Below, in pieces: positions 38,950 through 48,087 of a DNA stretch of 64,000 bases; positions within the stretch are counted from its first letter, which is position 1, and each line of letters starts with the position of its first letter. The translations under genes were made by a program, and so were the position numbers. The notes under the pieces are model-generated. The model did not search any database. It had not been told where the DNA came from and saw nothing but the letters and a program-made list of their open reading frames with translations. Source of the DNA: an uncultured Chloroflexia bacterium (GTDB taxonomy: Bacteria; Chloroflexota; Dehalococcoidia; DSTF01; JACRBR01); the NCBI GenBank assembly GCA_963843685.1, contig CAWJLO010000008.1, positions 202,027 through 266,026 on the forward strand, in the 5' to 3' direction.

Positions 38950-39888
38950 TTATGTCGTGTGGGATTGGGCGGGGCGGGCGGCGGCCACGAGCTCGCGGAG
39001 GTGCTGGATCCTGTGGTCGCGGAGGTGGCGCTCGATGCCTTCGAGGACGTGGATGGGGGCGAGGGGGTCGCGGAAGGTGGCGGTGCCGACCTGGACGGCA
39101 GAGGCGCCGGCGAGCAGGAATTCGACGGCGTCTTCGCCGGTGGAGATGCCGCCGCAGCCGATGACGGGGACGTCGACGGCGGAGGAGACCTGCCAGACCA
39201 TGCGGAGGGCGACGGGCTTGAGCGCGGGGCCGGAGAGGCCGGCGAAGGTGCGGGCGATGCGGGGCTTGCCCGTCGCGGCGTCGATGGACATGGCCTGGAG
39301 GGTGTTGATGACGCAGAGGGCATCGGCGCCGGCTTCGACGACGCGGCGGGCGATGGCGACGATGTCGGTGACGTTCGGGGTGAGCTTGACGATGACGGGG
39401 AGCGAGCTGGCGCGGACGCAGGCGGCGGTGACGGCGGCGGCGACCTCGGCGTCCTGGCCGAACTCCATGCCGCCCTGCTGGGCGTTCGGGCTGCTGATGT
39501 TGAGCTCAAGGCCGGCGATGCCGGGGACGCCATCGAGGGCGGCAGCGCAGTCGCCGTACTCTTCGACGGTGCTGCCGAGGATGCTGACGATGACGGGCAC
39601 CTTCCAGCGCTCCCATGTGGGCGCCATGTCGCGGATGAGCTTGTCGACGCCGATGTTCTGGAGGCCGATGGAGTTGAGCATGCCGGCGGGGGTCTCGTCG
39701 ATGCGGGGGGCGGGGCTGCCGGCGCGGGGCCGGAGGGTCGTGGTCTTCGAGACGATGGCGCCGAGACGCTGGATGTCGAAGACGCGGGGCCAGTCGACGC
39801 CGTAGCTGAAGGTGCCGGAGGCGACCATCACGGGGTTGGCGAGCGTGAGGGAGCGCTTGCCCGAGGCGAGATCGACGGAGAGGTCCAT
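38950..39888 (-). CDS. pyrD: Dihydroorotate dehydrogenase (class 1 catalytic subunit).
   Basis: 312 aa TIM-barrel DHODH (NSIGLQN, active-site Cys in SSPN, GGISTGEDA). Confidence 0.9.
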   Translation of the reverse strand: MDLSVDLASGKRSLTLANPVMVASGTFSYGVDWPRVFDIQRLGAIVSKTTTLRPRAGSPAPRIDETPAGMLNSIGLQNIGVDKLIRDMAPTWERWKVPVIVSILGSTVEEYGDCAAALDGVPGIAGLELNISSPNAQQGGMEFGQDAEVAAAVTAACVRASSLPVIVKLTPNVTDIVAIARRVVEAGADALCVINTLQAMSIDAATGKPRIARTFAGLSGPALKPVALRMVWQVSSAVDVPVIGCGGISTGEDAVEFLLAGASAVQVGTATFRDPLAPIHVLEGIERHLRDHRIQHLRELVAAARPAQSHTT

Positions 39889-39954
39889 GTGCGCGGGGCC
39901 CTTCGGTGATTTGCCGGAGTATAGCGGGCGTGCGGCGTCGATCGATGGGAGGGG

Positions 39955-40020
39955 CGCTGCGCCCTCTGCACTTCCGCCTTGGCGCTCCGCGCCCTCCTCT
40001 CCCGTCGCCTCCGGCGCTCT
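39955..40020. repeat. Copy 1 of a ~70-bp direct repeat flanking the ABM gene.
   Basis: GGGAGGGGCGCTGCGCCCTCTGCACTTCCGCCTTGGCGCTCCGCGCCCTCCTCTCCCGTCGCCTCCGGCG is ~80% identical to 40476..40545. Confidence 0.6.
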
Positions 40021-40315
40021 ACGGCGCTGTAGCGGCGACGATGACTTCGCCGACGGTGCGAACCTGTTCGCTGGCGAGATGCGGGGCGACGTTCTGGGCG
40101 AACCAGCCGGGGCCGATGATGGCGCCGCCGTTCTGGGCGTCCGCCGCGGTGTCCCAGAGGATGACGACGGCGGCTCGATCGTCGGCTTCCTTCACGTAGT
40201 AGAAGGCGCGGAAGCCGGATAGGCCACGAATGAGGGGAAGGAGGCCGGACTCGAGCTTCGGGCGGAGCTGCTCTACGGGCATGTCGAGGTGGAGGTGGTT
40301 GATGACGGCGTGCAT
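40019..40315 (-). CDS. ABM/Dabb-like small protein (98 aa).
   Basis: ATG at 40315 with AGGAG 9 nt upstream. Sequence MHAVINHLHLDMP...AVVILWDTAAD is typical of ABM-fold proteins. Confidence 0.6.
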   Translation of the reverse strand: MHAVINHLHLDMPVEQLRPKLESGLLPLIRGLSGFRAFYYVKEADDRAAVVILWDTAADAQNGGAIIGPGWFAQNVAPHLASEQVRTVGEVIVAATAP

Positions 40316-40475
40316 GTGTGCGGCTCCTGCTGATGAGTGTTTTCGTACAGTATCCACGAAGGACGGGCGTGACCGCGACTATATGTTCTCAACATTTTCG
40401 CTTGCCTCACCCTGTTGTGCCGGGTGGTGGCGAGCTGAGGCGCGGATCGGTGGTGGGGGCGGAGCTGCCTTGCCG

Positions 40476-40545
40476 GGAGGGCGGCGCCTTCGGCATTTTC
40501 CGCCTTGGCGCTTCGCGCCGCCCTCTCCGGTCGCCTGCGGCGACA
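40476..40545. repeat. Copy 2 of the ~70-bp direct repeat, followed by a CTCTCCC-ACAAGG-GGAGAGGG hairpin.
   Basis: GGGAGGGCGGCGCCTTCGGCATTTTCCGCCTTGGCGCTTCGCGCCGCCCTCTCCGGTCGCCTGCGGCG. Confidence 0.6.
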
Positions 40546-40927
40546 CCCTCTCCCACAAGGGGAGAGGGAGGTGACGGCGGTGGGGCACGGCGGAGGAGCG
40601 GGGAGTGTGACCTCGCCGCCGGTCGGGTGGATCAGTGGCCGTGCGGAGTGGTCGCCGGTGCGTGGTTGACCTCACCCCCCGGCCCCCTCTCCAGCGGTCT
40701 GGCGAGGGGGAGCTTGTGTCGGGGCGATGAGGTGCGGTGTGGGGCTGGTGCGGCGGAGCGAGCGAAGGGGGCTCTCCTTCGGCGAGTGTGCCACGGGCAC
40801 GCGGGGCAGCAGCCGCTACCACGGACGGGAGTCTGCTCGTCGGGACGCGAGTGGCGATTTGCACGCGGGAGCGTGGCGGGGCGTCGTGCCATACTGGTTG
40901 CGGGGAGAGCACACAGGAGGAGCGACC

Positions 40928-41155
40928 GTGGGGCGGAAAGAGATCGAGGCGCTGATCAAGGTGTTGCAGCAGCAGCTGGCGGCGGGGCGCGACAGCGTGG
41001 TCACAGGATCGTGGCAGATCATCTACAGCCGGGACCACGACGCCTTCCTGTTCGAGAAGTGCGAGGTGGGGGGCGGGTACTGCGAGGAGCGGCCGAGCGT
41101 GGTGTCGGTGACGGGGAAGGTGCTGGACAAGGGCGGGCCGCTGCTGGGGAACTAA
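40928..41155 (+). CDS. Small hypothetical protein (75 aa).
   Basis: GTG with an excellent SD (ACAGGAGGAGCGACC GTG). Coding-like composition. Confidence 0.55.
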   Translation: MGRKEIEALIKVLQQQLAAGRDSVVTGSWQIIYSRDHDAFLFEKCEVGGGYCEERPSVVSVTGKVLDKGGPLLGN

Positions 41156-41386
41156 TCGTTCATCGTTTGCGGTGGACGGTGACGGGTGATGCAGTGTCCG
41201 CTGTCGCGTACCCTGCATCACCTTTGAAGCGGGCCGGGGGACACCCCCGGAGCCCCCCGGCAGGGGGCGCTGCGCTCCCTGCACCCCCGGCTATGGCGCC
41301 GGGGAGTCGAGGGTGAAGGACTGAAGAGGGGCGTTACCAGCGGGGATAACGGGCGGTTCAGCAGCGGATGAGAATCGGAGGAACGC

Positions 41387-41821
41387 ATGACGGTACAGGG
41401 TGAGTATGCGGCGAGTCCGCTGAAGTTTGCGGCGGACCAGGTGGAGTTGTACGAGCGGACGGGCGGGGCCGAGGGCAACCTGTTGATGGGGAAGCCTGTG
41501 GTGATCCTGACGACGCTGGGGCGGAAGAGCGGGAAGGTGCGGAAGACGCCGCTGATGCGGGTGGAGAAGGACGGGACGTACGCAGTGGTGGCGTCGATGG
41601 GCGGGGCGCCGAAGCACCCTGTCTGGTACCTCAACCTGATGGAGTCGCCGGAGATCACGCTGCAGGACGGCCCGGAGGCGCGCCCGGTGAAGGCGCGCGA
41701 GGTGCACGGCGAGGAGAAGGCGCGCTGGTGGGCGATCGCGTGCGAGGCGTGGCCGGCGTACGCGGACTACCAGGCGAAGACTGAGCGGGAGATCCCGGTG
41801 GTGGTGCTGGAGGCGCGGTAG
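41387..41821 (+). CDS. Deazaflavin(F420)-dependent nitroreductase family protein (Ddn/PNPOx-like split barrel).
   Basis: Motifs VVILTTLGRKSGKVRKTPL, YAVVASMGGAPKHPVWYLNL and ARWW are typical of the F420H2-dependent nitroreductase (DUF385) family. Confidence 0.8.
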   Translation: MTVQGEYAASPLKFAADQVELYERTGGAEGNLLMGKPVVILTTLGRKSGKVRKTPLMRVEKDGTYAVVASMGGAPKHPVWYLNLMESPEITLQDGPEARPVKAREVHGEEKARWWAIACEAWPAYADYQAKTEREIPVVVLEAR

Positions 41822-42130
41822 GGAACCGTGGGCGTTCTTCGAAGCATTCGCCCGCCGCGGCACGTGGCGGTCGCATTCTGCGAGTCGCACGACGCGGGCC
41901 AACAGGGACGATGAGCCTTCCGCCGAGCTCGCAGTGATTGCGTCAGCCGCGCTGTGGTGTGAGGGTGTAGATGTGGGTTTTAGAGGCATTCGCTGTCGTG
42001 GTTGGCGGTGACCCGTACACCACGACCCAACGCCCCGCATTCTCCTCGCTGACGCGGGAGACGAGCGCTCTCCGCTGATGCTCTTGGGTAACATGGGCTG
42101 GTAGATCCGTAGACCCAGTGCGGGTGCAAC

Positions 42131-42910
42131 ATGAACGACAACAAGGCGACGTGGACCCGACTCCGCTTGTTCAACGCGCTCATGGCGCTCGTTCACAGTG
42201 GCCAAGGCATCGCCATCCTCCTACTGAGTAACGAGGCCACGGTCCCAGTTCGGACGTCGTTTCTCCGCTTCAACGAGGGGCAGCAGGCACTCGAGACGTA
42301 CACGCGCGACGTGTTCGATCTGCAGCTGGCACCCCTGGTCGCGGCGTTTCTCTTCATTTCGGCGATCGCCCACGCCCTGGTCGCCCTTCCCCGGGTGTTT
42401 GGATGGTACGTCGCCAACGTGCAGCGCTCGATCAACTACGTCCGCTGGTGGGAATACGCCGCGAGCGCGTCTCTCATGATCGCCGTGATCGCGATGCTTA
42501 CGGGGATGTACGACCTTGGCAGCCTCATCCTCATCTTCTCGCTGAATGCGACGATGCTGCTGTTCGGGTTGTTGATGGAGACGCAAAACCGGCCCGGCAA
42601 CCGGGTCACGTGGCTCCCGTTCGTGTTCGGCTGTATGGCGGGTACCGTGCCGTGGGGCGTCATCGCCCTCTATTTGTGGTCGCCGGGCACGGGCCCCGGA
42701 GAGCCGCCCGCGTTCGTATACGCGATCTTCTTCTCTCTGTTTGTCTGGTACTCGCTCTTCGCCCTCAATATGTGGCTCCAGTATCGCCGCGTAGGCCCAT
42801 GGCGGGACTACGTGTTCGGCGAGTACGGATACATCGTACTTAGCCTGACGGCGAAGTCGCTCCTCGCATGGCAGGTCTTCGCGGGCGCCCTTACGCTACC
42901 CGTAAATTGA
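42131..42910 (+). CDS. Heliorhodopsin (7TM retinal protein, inverted topology).
   Basis: Block-by-block similarity to the prototype heliorhodopsin 48C12 (SINYVRWWEYAASASLMIAVIA; NATMLLFGLLME; LPFVFGCMAGTVPWG; FVYAIFFSLF; YIVLSLTAKSLLAWQVFAG carries the Schiff-base Lys in TM7). Length 259 aa. Confidence 0.9.
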   Translation: MNDNKATWTRLRLFNALMALVHSGQGIAILLLSNEATVPVRTSFLRFNEGQQALETYTRDVFDLQLAPLVAAFLFISAIAHALVALPRVFGWYVANVQRSINYVRWWEYAASASLMIAVIAMLTGMYDLGSLILIFSLNATMLLFGLLMETQNRPGNRVTWLPFVFGCMAGTVPWGVIALYLWSPGTGPGEPPAFVYAIFFSLFVWYSLFALNMWLQYRRVGPWRDYVFGEYGYIVLSLTAKSLLAWQVFAGALTLPVN

Positions 42911-43047
42911 CCCTGTTGCCGGCGCGCTCCCCAATACGAACGACCTGACCGCGAGCGGGCTCGACACAGCTTGTTCGCGAATCCGCGACGCCGAGCAGAA
43001 CGCGAAACTCAGGATCCACCCAGCTCCTCCGGCCAGCGCGCAATACT

Positions 43048-43944
43048 GTGCCGGTGAGGCGATTCGGAGTCCTGGTGTTGGCGCTGTCCCTGGCGGCGTG
43101 CACTCCGCAGGGGAGGCCGGCCTCTACGCCGGCCAATCCCACTACCGCGGGGACAACCGCGCGGCCGACGGAGGCGAGCGCGGGCACTGTGCCGCCACCG
43201 CGCTCCACCAGCACAACCGGCAGGGTCGTCGGTCCGATCAGCCAAGCAGAGGCACTTGACGGGCACCTGCCGATCCACGGACTCGCGCTCGTCTTTTCGA
43301 CCGGCGAGTTGTACCTGTTCACCAGTCTCAGCCCGACATCCTGGGCGGACGACGAGACAGTCGTGGCACCGTCGCCGCCTGAAGGGGGACAGGTCTTTCC
43401 CGGCGCCGCGCATCAAGGAGCGCATCTGCTGGGACTGGACGGCACCGACACGTCCATCGACGCGCGCCCTCCCGCGACGGCGGAGCCATACCCTCCATCG
43501 ACGACAAGCACGGATGGGCAGTGGCGACTTACGAGCGACGGGAGCGACGCTTACGTGGAAGAGATCACCAGTGGCCGGCGGGTGACGGTACCAGCAGCGG
43601 CAACCTACCTGTGGTCGCCGCTTGGTCATCTGCTCGCTATCGGTGGCGGGCGATGCGGCGACGTGCCACTGTACATCGTCGATCCCGACGGCACGACGCC
43701 GGTGCGGAAGGTCGAGCTGGGAGGAGGATCGATTGCCCGCTCGTACACGTGGCGACCAGATGCGAGCGGGTTCGCCCTCGCCACGCTGTCCACAATCGTG
43801 TTCGTCCGCGCAGACGATCTGGCGATTCGGCGGCTCGCGCCGGTTGCTCCCGCAACCCTCCTCGGCGAGCCGGTCTTCGGCCCGTGGAGCCCGTCGGGCG
43901 CATACCTGCTGTTCGGTCTGTACTTCGGCCGCGCGTGTCCGTAG
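43048..43944 (+). CDS. Hypothetical lipoprotein, possibly a beta-propeller fold.
   Basis: GTG start, lipobox LSLAAC, and a Pro/Thr-rich linker before the globular domain. Confidence 0.6.
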   Translation: MPVRRFGVLVLALSLAACTPQGRPASTPANPTTAGTTARPTEASAGTVPPPRSTSTTGRVVGPISQAEALDGHLPIHGLALVFSTGELYLFTSLSPTSWADDETVVAPSPPEGGQVFPGAAHQGAHLLGLDGTDTSIDARPPATAEPYPPSTTSTDGQWRLTSDGSDAYVEEITSGRRVTVPAAATYLWSPLGHLLAIGGGRCGDVPLYIVDPDGTTPVRKVELGGGSIARSYTWRPDASGFALATLSTIVFVRADDLAIRRLAPVAPATLLGEPVFGPWSPSGAYLLFGLYFGRACP

Positions 43945-44043
43945 CGGGCCCGCGGGGAGGCGCGCCATAGGGGCCGGCCGGCGAACCCACCTGTTTCGAG
44001 CGTGGTCTGCCCCTGGTCTAGCCGCTCCCTCGCCCCTGCAGAG

Positions 44044-44140
44044 CGTGCGGCGATGGCGCGATGGACGTTTTGGGTCGTTGCGTTCGTGCCAGGGGCGGTG
44101 TTCGCGGCGACGGTGGCGCAGAGGTGGCGGGGTCTCGACA
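44044..44140 (+). repeat. ~100-bp degenerate duplicate of the tauE 5' end (start codon plus first ~30 codons).
   Basis: ATGGCGCGATGGACGTTTTGGGTCGTTGCGTTCGTGCCAGGGGCGGTGTTCGCGGCGACGGTGGCGCAGAGGTGGCGGGG is ~85% identical to 45088..45185. Confidence 0.65.
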
Positions 44141-44278
44141 GGCGACATGGCGGTCTCGGAGGGAGTACCTTACCTTTGAACCGCCTAATCCGGGATCGGC
44201 AGGCTGTTCCGAGGCGCCGGGAATCGAGCGGCGCCCAGTGTTCGAGCAAGGTCGTCGTGAACTAGCGGAGGGACGGAC

Positions 44279-45013
44279 ATGAAGTGGGGCCGCAGACTGA
44301 CGATCGCCTTCTTGCTGGTGGCGCCGATCTTCCTGCTGGGCGCACGATGCATCGACCACGAGAGTCTACGAAAAGGCCCTGACGGCGATTGGCACCTGTA
44401 CGGTGAGATCCACAACGACACGAACGTCCAGGGCACGCAGATCCTCCTCCAGGGGACGCTGTACGATCCCTCCGGCAGGGTGATGGCTGTCGGTCAGACG
44501 TATATCTGTCCAGGGGATCTGTCGCCGGGCACGTTTTCGGTCTACGACATCCGGTTCAAGGACTCTTCGGCGATCGTTGGGCCCTTTGCACGCAAGATCA
44601 ACGTGCTGAGCGGCAAGGCGGTCCCAGAACATCTTCCGCCGCTGCCGGTGACCGACGTCAACTTCACGACCACGGCAACCCGAGCCTTCGACGGATCGGT
44701 GAACTGGGAGATCGTCTTCAAGTACTCACCGCCGCTGACGGGCCCGGTTTCGTCGGGGTCCATGGCTGGCTGCGTGGCGTTCTACGATGCTTCGGGCAAC
44801 GTCGTTTCGGTGGAGGGTCCGGACACACCGGGTATCGGAGGGTTCCACATCTCGGGTTACAGCCAAATCGTACGTGACATGGACCCGACCGTCCCGGCCG
44901 ACGCGGTTTCCTTCCGCGGGTTGTTCTGGTTTCCCCATTCGGACAGCGCTTTCTTCGAGTCCGACTATGCGCCCGTGATCTCCGACGCGGTCACGATCCC
45001 GGCAGAACCGTAG
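44279..45013 (+). CDS. Hypothetical secreted protein (244 aa).
   Basis: Signal peptide MKWGRRLTIAFLLVAPIFLLGARC. SD GAGGGACGGAC ATG. Beta-rich composition. Confidence 0.65.
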   Translation: MKWGRRLTIAFLLVAPIFLLGARCIDHESLRKGPDGDWHLYGEIHNDTNVQGTQILLQGTLYDPSGRVMAVGQTYICPGDLSPGTFSVYDIRFKDSSAIVGPFARKINVLSGKAVPEHLPPLPVTDVNFTTTATRAFDGSVNWEIVFKYSPPLTGPVSSGSMAGCVAFYDASGNVVSVEGPDTPGIGGFHISGYSQIVRDMDPTVPADAVSFRGLFWFPHSDSAFFESDYAPVISDAVTIPAEP

Positions 45014-45096
45014 CGCCGACTCTGTCCTCGGCCTGACGCCCAGCCGCCCGGCGGACGGCGCTACCTTCGCGTGAGCGCATCCGGCAGTATGGCGCG

Positions 45097-45837
45097 ATGG
45101 ACGTTTGGATCGTCGTGGTTGTGCTGGCGGCAGTGTTCGTGGCGACGGTGGCGCAGACGGTGGCGGGGTTCGGGTTCGCGCTGATCGTGGTGCCGGCGTT
45201 CGTGGCGGTGCTGGACGTGCGGGACGCGATCGTGCTGACGACGCTCGTCGGGATCATCAACAACGGCGTGCTGGCGTTCACGACGCGGCGTCACGTGCCG
45301 TGGGGGACGGTGACGCCGATGCTGCTCGGGGCGGCCGCGGGGATGCCGGTGGGGCTGGCGGTGCTGCTGCTGGCGCCGGCGGACGCGATCCGGATCAGCG
45401 TCGGGGTGGCGACGATCGTGATCGCGGGGGCGCTGGCGCGCGGGCTGCGGTTCCGGGACGCGAGCGTGGTGGCGGCGGCGACGGCGGGCGGGATCTCGGG
45501 GCTGCTGAACACGAGCGTGGGGATCAACGGGCCGCCGGTGGCGCTGTACCTGCAGGGGCGGGAGCTGCCGCACGGCGAGTTTCGGGGGGCGCTGGCGGTG
45601 TTCTTCGTCGTGAGCAACGTGATCGCGATCGCGATCTTCGTCGTCTCGATGATCATCACGTCGACGGCGCTGGCGCTGTGGGCGGCGGCGGTCCCGGCGG
45701 TGGGTGTGGGGAGCTTCGTGGGGCACCGGCTGGTGCATCGGGTGAACCCGGTGGTGTTCCGGCGGCTGGTGTACGTGTTGCTGCTGGCGTCGGCGCTGTC
45801 GGCTATCGGGTCGTCGGTGGCGCGAATGGCGGGGTGA
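45097..45837 (+). CDS. Sulfite exporter TauE/SafE family membrane protein.
   Basis: Eight TM helices with the TauE-type internal repeat (VAGFGFALIVVP..., GGISGLLNTSVGINGPPVALYL). Confidence 0.8.
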   Translation: MDVWIVVVVLAAVFVATVAQTVAGFGFALIVVPAFVAVLDVRDAIVLTTLVGIINNGVLAFTTRRHVPWGTVTPMLLGAAAGMPVGLAVLLLAPADAIRISVGVATIVIAGALARGLRFRDASVVAAATAGGISGLLNTSVGINGPPVALYLQGRELPHGEFRGALAVFFVVSNVIAIAIFVVSMIITSTALALWAAAVPAVGVGSFVGHRLVHRVNPVVFRRLVYVLLLASALSAIGSSVARMAG

Positions 45838-45937
45838 GGGCGGCCCTTCCGGAAGATGAGAATCTCATCGGAAGGCGGCGTGTGCGGGCGGGCGCCGTGA
45901 GGTAGGATGTGGTGCTTCACGTTTCGCGGGAGTCTCC

Positions 45938-46823
45938 ATGGCGCCACTTCTCCTCCATCTCGGCGGAACGTCGACGACCACCTGGTGGCACTGGCCGGTG
46001 CGAGCCGACGTGATCATGACGTGCCTCGTCATGCTGGCGGCGTACTTCTACGTGATCACGCAGCTGCGGGAGGTCTGGTCGGACGCGGGGCGCGTGCGGC
46101 GGTCGCAGATCGCGTGTTTCGTGACGGGCGTGCTGGTGATGTACCTGGCCACCGGCTCGCCGATCGACACGGTAGGCGACAACTTCCTGTTGGCGGCGCA
46201 CATGCTGCAGCACATGCTGCTGCTCTTCGTGGTGGCGCCGCTGCTGCTCGCGGGGACGCCAACGTGGGTGTGGCAGCGGATGCTGCGGCGGCCGAGCCGT
46301 GCTGCGCGTGGCGAAGGTGATCGTGCATCCGGTGATGGCGCTGGCGATCGTCTCAGGGACGTTCATCGCGGTGCACCTGCCGGCGGTGCTGGACTTCCAG
46401 CTACAGCACGACTCGGCGCACCTGTTCGGGCACATCGCGCTGACGGCGGCCGGGTTCGTGCTGTGGTGGCCGGTGCTGAGCACGGTGCCGGAGTTGCCGC
46501 GGAGCTCGTACCCGGTGCAGATCGCGTACCTGTTCGTGCAGTCGCTGGCGCCGTCGATCCTGGCGTCGTTCGTCACGTTCGCGGACGGGGCGGTGTACTC
46601 GTTCTACGCGCAACAGCCGCGGCTGTGGGGGCTCTCGGCGGTGACGGACCAGCAGATCGCGGGGGGCATCATGAAGCTCTTCGGGCTGGTGGCGACGTGG
46701 TGGTTCATCGCGCTGGCGTTCCATCGCTGGTATCGCCTGGAGACGCAGGAGGCGGAGAAAGAGCCGCTCTGGAGCGAGGTCGAGGAAGAGCTGCAGAGCA
46801 TGGGGCTGACGTCGGGGCACTGA
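45938..46823 (+). pseudogene. ctaG: Caa3-type cytochrome c oxidase assembly factor CtaG (Bacillus type), split by a single-base frameshift near 46290-46300.
   Basis: N-terminal 120 aa in the frame of ORF 45938 (...HMLQHMLLLFVVAPLLLAGTPTWVWQRML). The C-terminal 175 aa in the frame of ORF 46299 (VLRVAKVIVHPVMALAIV...) continue the same family. Combined length is ~295 aa. Confidence 0.65.
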
Positions 46824-46939
46824 GCCGCTGGCGGGCTCGTCACTCCACTGACACACGACACTTCTTCTCCGCAGGGCCGGGGCCCTACTTCCGAATACAC
46901 TATGTCGATGATCCTGCTCACGACACACGCGAGTCGCGC

Positions 46940-48061
46940 GTGATCGCGCTGGCGCCGCTGGGCGTGGCGATGATCGGGCTGGTGCTGTGGGACGCGTTCG
47001 AGACGGTGGTGCTGCCGCGGCGCGTGGACCGGCGATTCCGTCCGGCGCGGTGGTTCTATCGCACGTTCTGGCGGACGTGGCGGCTGGGCGCCGAGAAGAC
47101 ATCGGGCGATCAGCGAGAGTGGCTGCTGGCGGTGTTCGGGCCGCTCTCGGTGCTGATGCTGTTCGTGTTCTGGGCGTCGCTGTTGATCCTGGGGTTCGCG
47201 TTGGTGCAGGTGTCGGCGGGCTCGGGGCTGATCGTGGGCGGGCGCGAGGCGAACTTCGGGACGGCGATCTACCTCAGCGGGACGACGTTCTTCACGCTGG
47301 GGCTGGGGGACGTGGCGCCGACGACGGGGTTCGCGCGGGCGATCACGGTGATCGAGGCGGGCACGGGGTTCAGCTTCCTGGCGCTGGTGATCGGCTACCT
47401 GCCGATCCTGTACCAGACGTTCTCGCGGCGCGAGCTGAACGTGACGCTGCTGGACGCGCGGGCGGGATCGCCGCCGACGGCCGGGGAGATGCTGCGGCGG
47501 TACGGCGCATCCGGGGACGGAGCGTCCAAGGACGCGACGGAGCTGGAGCGGCTGCTGCTCGACTGGGAGCGTTGGGCGGCGGAGCTGCTGGAGAGCCACG
47601 TTTCGTACCCGATCGTGGGGTACTTCCGGTCGCAGCACGACCACCAATCGTGGCTGGGGGCCGTGACGGCGATGCTCGACTTCTCGGCGCTGGTGCTGGC
47701 GTGCGAGCGGGACAACCGGCTACGGCGTCCGGCGGAGCTTGCGTTCGCGATGTCGCGGCACGCGGTGGTCGACCTGATGCAGACGTTCAAGCTGGAGCTG
47801 CACGACCCGGAGCCGGAGCGGCTGGGGGTGGCCGACCGCGCGCGGCTGGAGCCGATGCTGGCGGCGGCGGGCATGTCATCGCTGGCGGACGGCGCAGCGT
47901 GGGCGCGGCTGACGGAGCTGCGGGCGATCTACGAGCCGTATACGGCGGCGCTGGGGCTGTTCTTCCTGATCGACCTGCCGCCGTGGCTGATCGACAAGCG
48001 GCAGGCGGACAACTGGCAGACGAGCGACCGCGGCTCGGTGCTGCCGGCGTCGTGGGGTTAG
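46940..48061 (+). CDS. 2TM ion-channel (K+ channel-like pore, Ion_trans_2) protein with a C-terminal cytoplasmic domain.
   Basis: TM1, a pore helix with filter TTFFTLGLGDVAP, and TM2. The start is uncertain: GTG 46940 or ATG 46970. Confidence 0.7.
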   Translation: MIALAPLGVAMIGLVLWDAFETVVLPRRVDRRFRPARWFYRTFWRTWRLGAEKTSGDQREWLLAVFGPLSVLMLFVFWASLLILGFALVQVSAGSGLIVGGREANFGTAIYLSGTTFFTLGLGDVAPTTGFARAITVIEAGTGFSFLALVIGYLPILYQTFSRRELNVTLLDARAGSPPTAGEMLRRYGASGDGASKDATELERLLLDWERWAAELLESHVSYPIVGYFRSQHDHQSWLGAVTAMLDFSALVLACERDNRLRRPAELAFAMSRHAVVDLMQTFKLELHDPEPERLGVADRARLEPMLAAAGMSSLADGAAWARLTELRAIYEPYTAALGLFFLIDLPPWLIDKRQADNWQTSDRGSVLPASWG

Positions 48062-48087
48062 CCGCCGCCCAAGGCACGAGCCCTCGT

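Noticed and set aside
45938-48061. 707-aa single ORF covering ctaG and the channel gene.
   Set aside because: The middle (46300..46930) is Arg/Gly-rich junk. The real content is a frameshifted ctaG followed by a separate ion-channel gene in the same frame.
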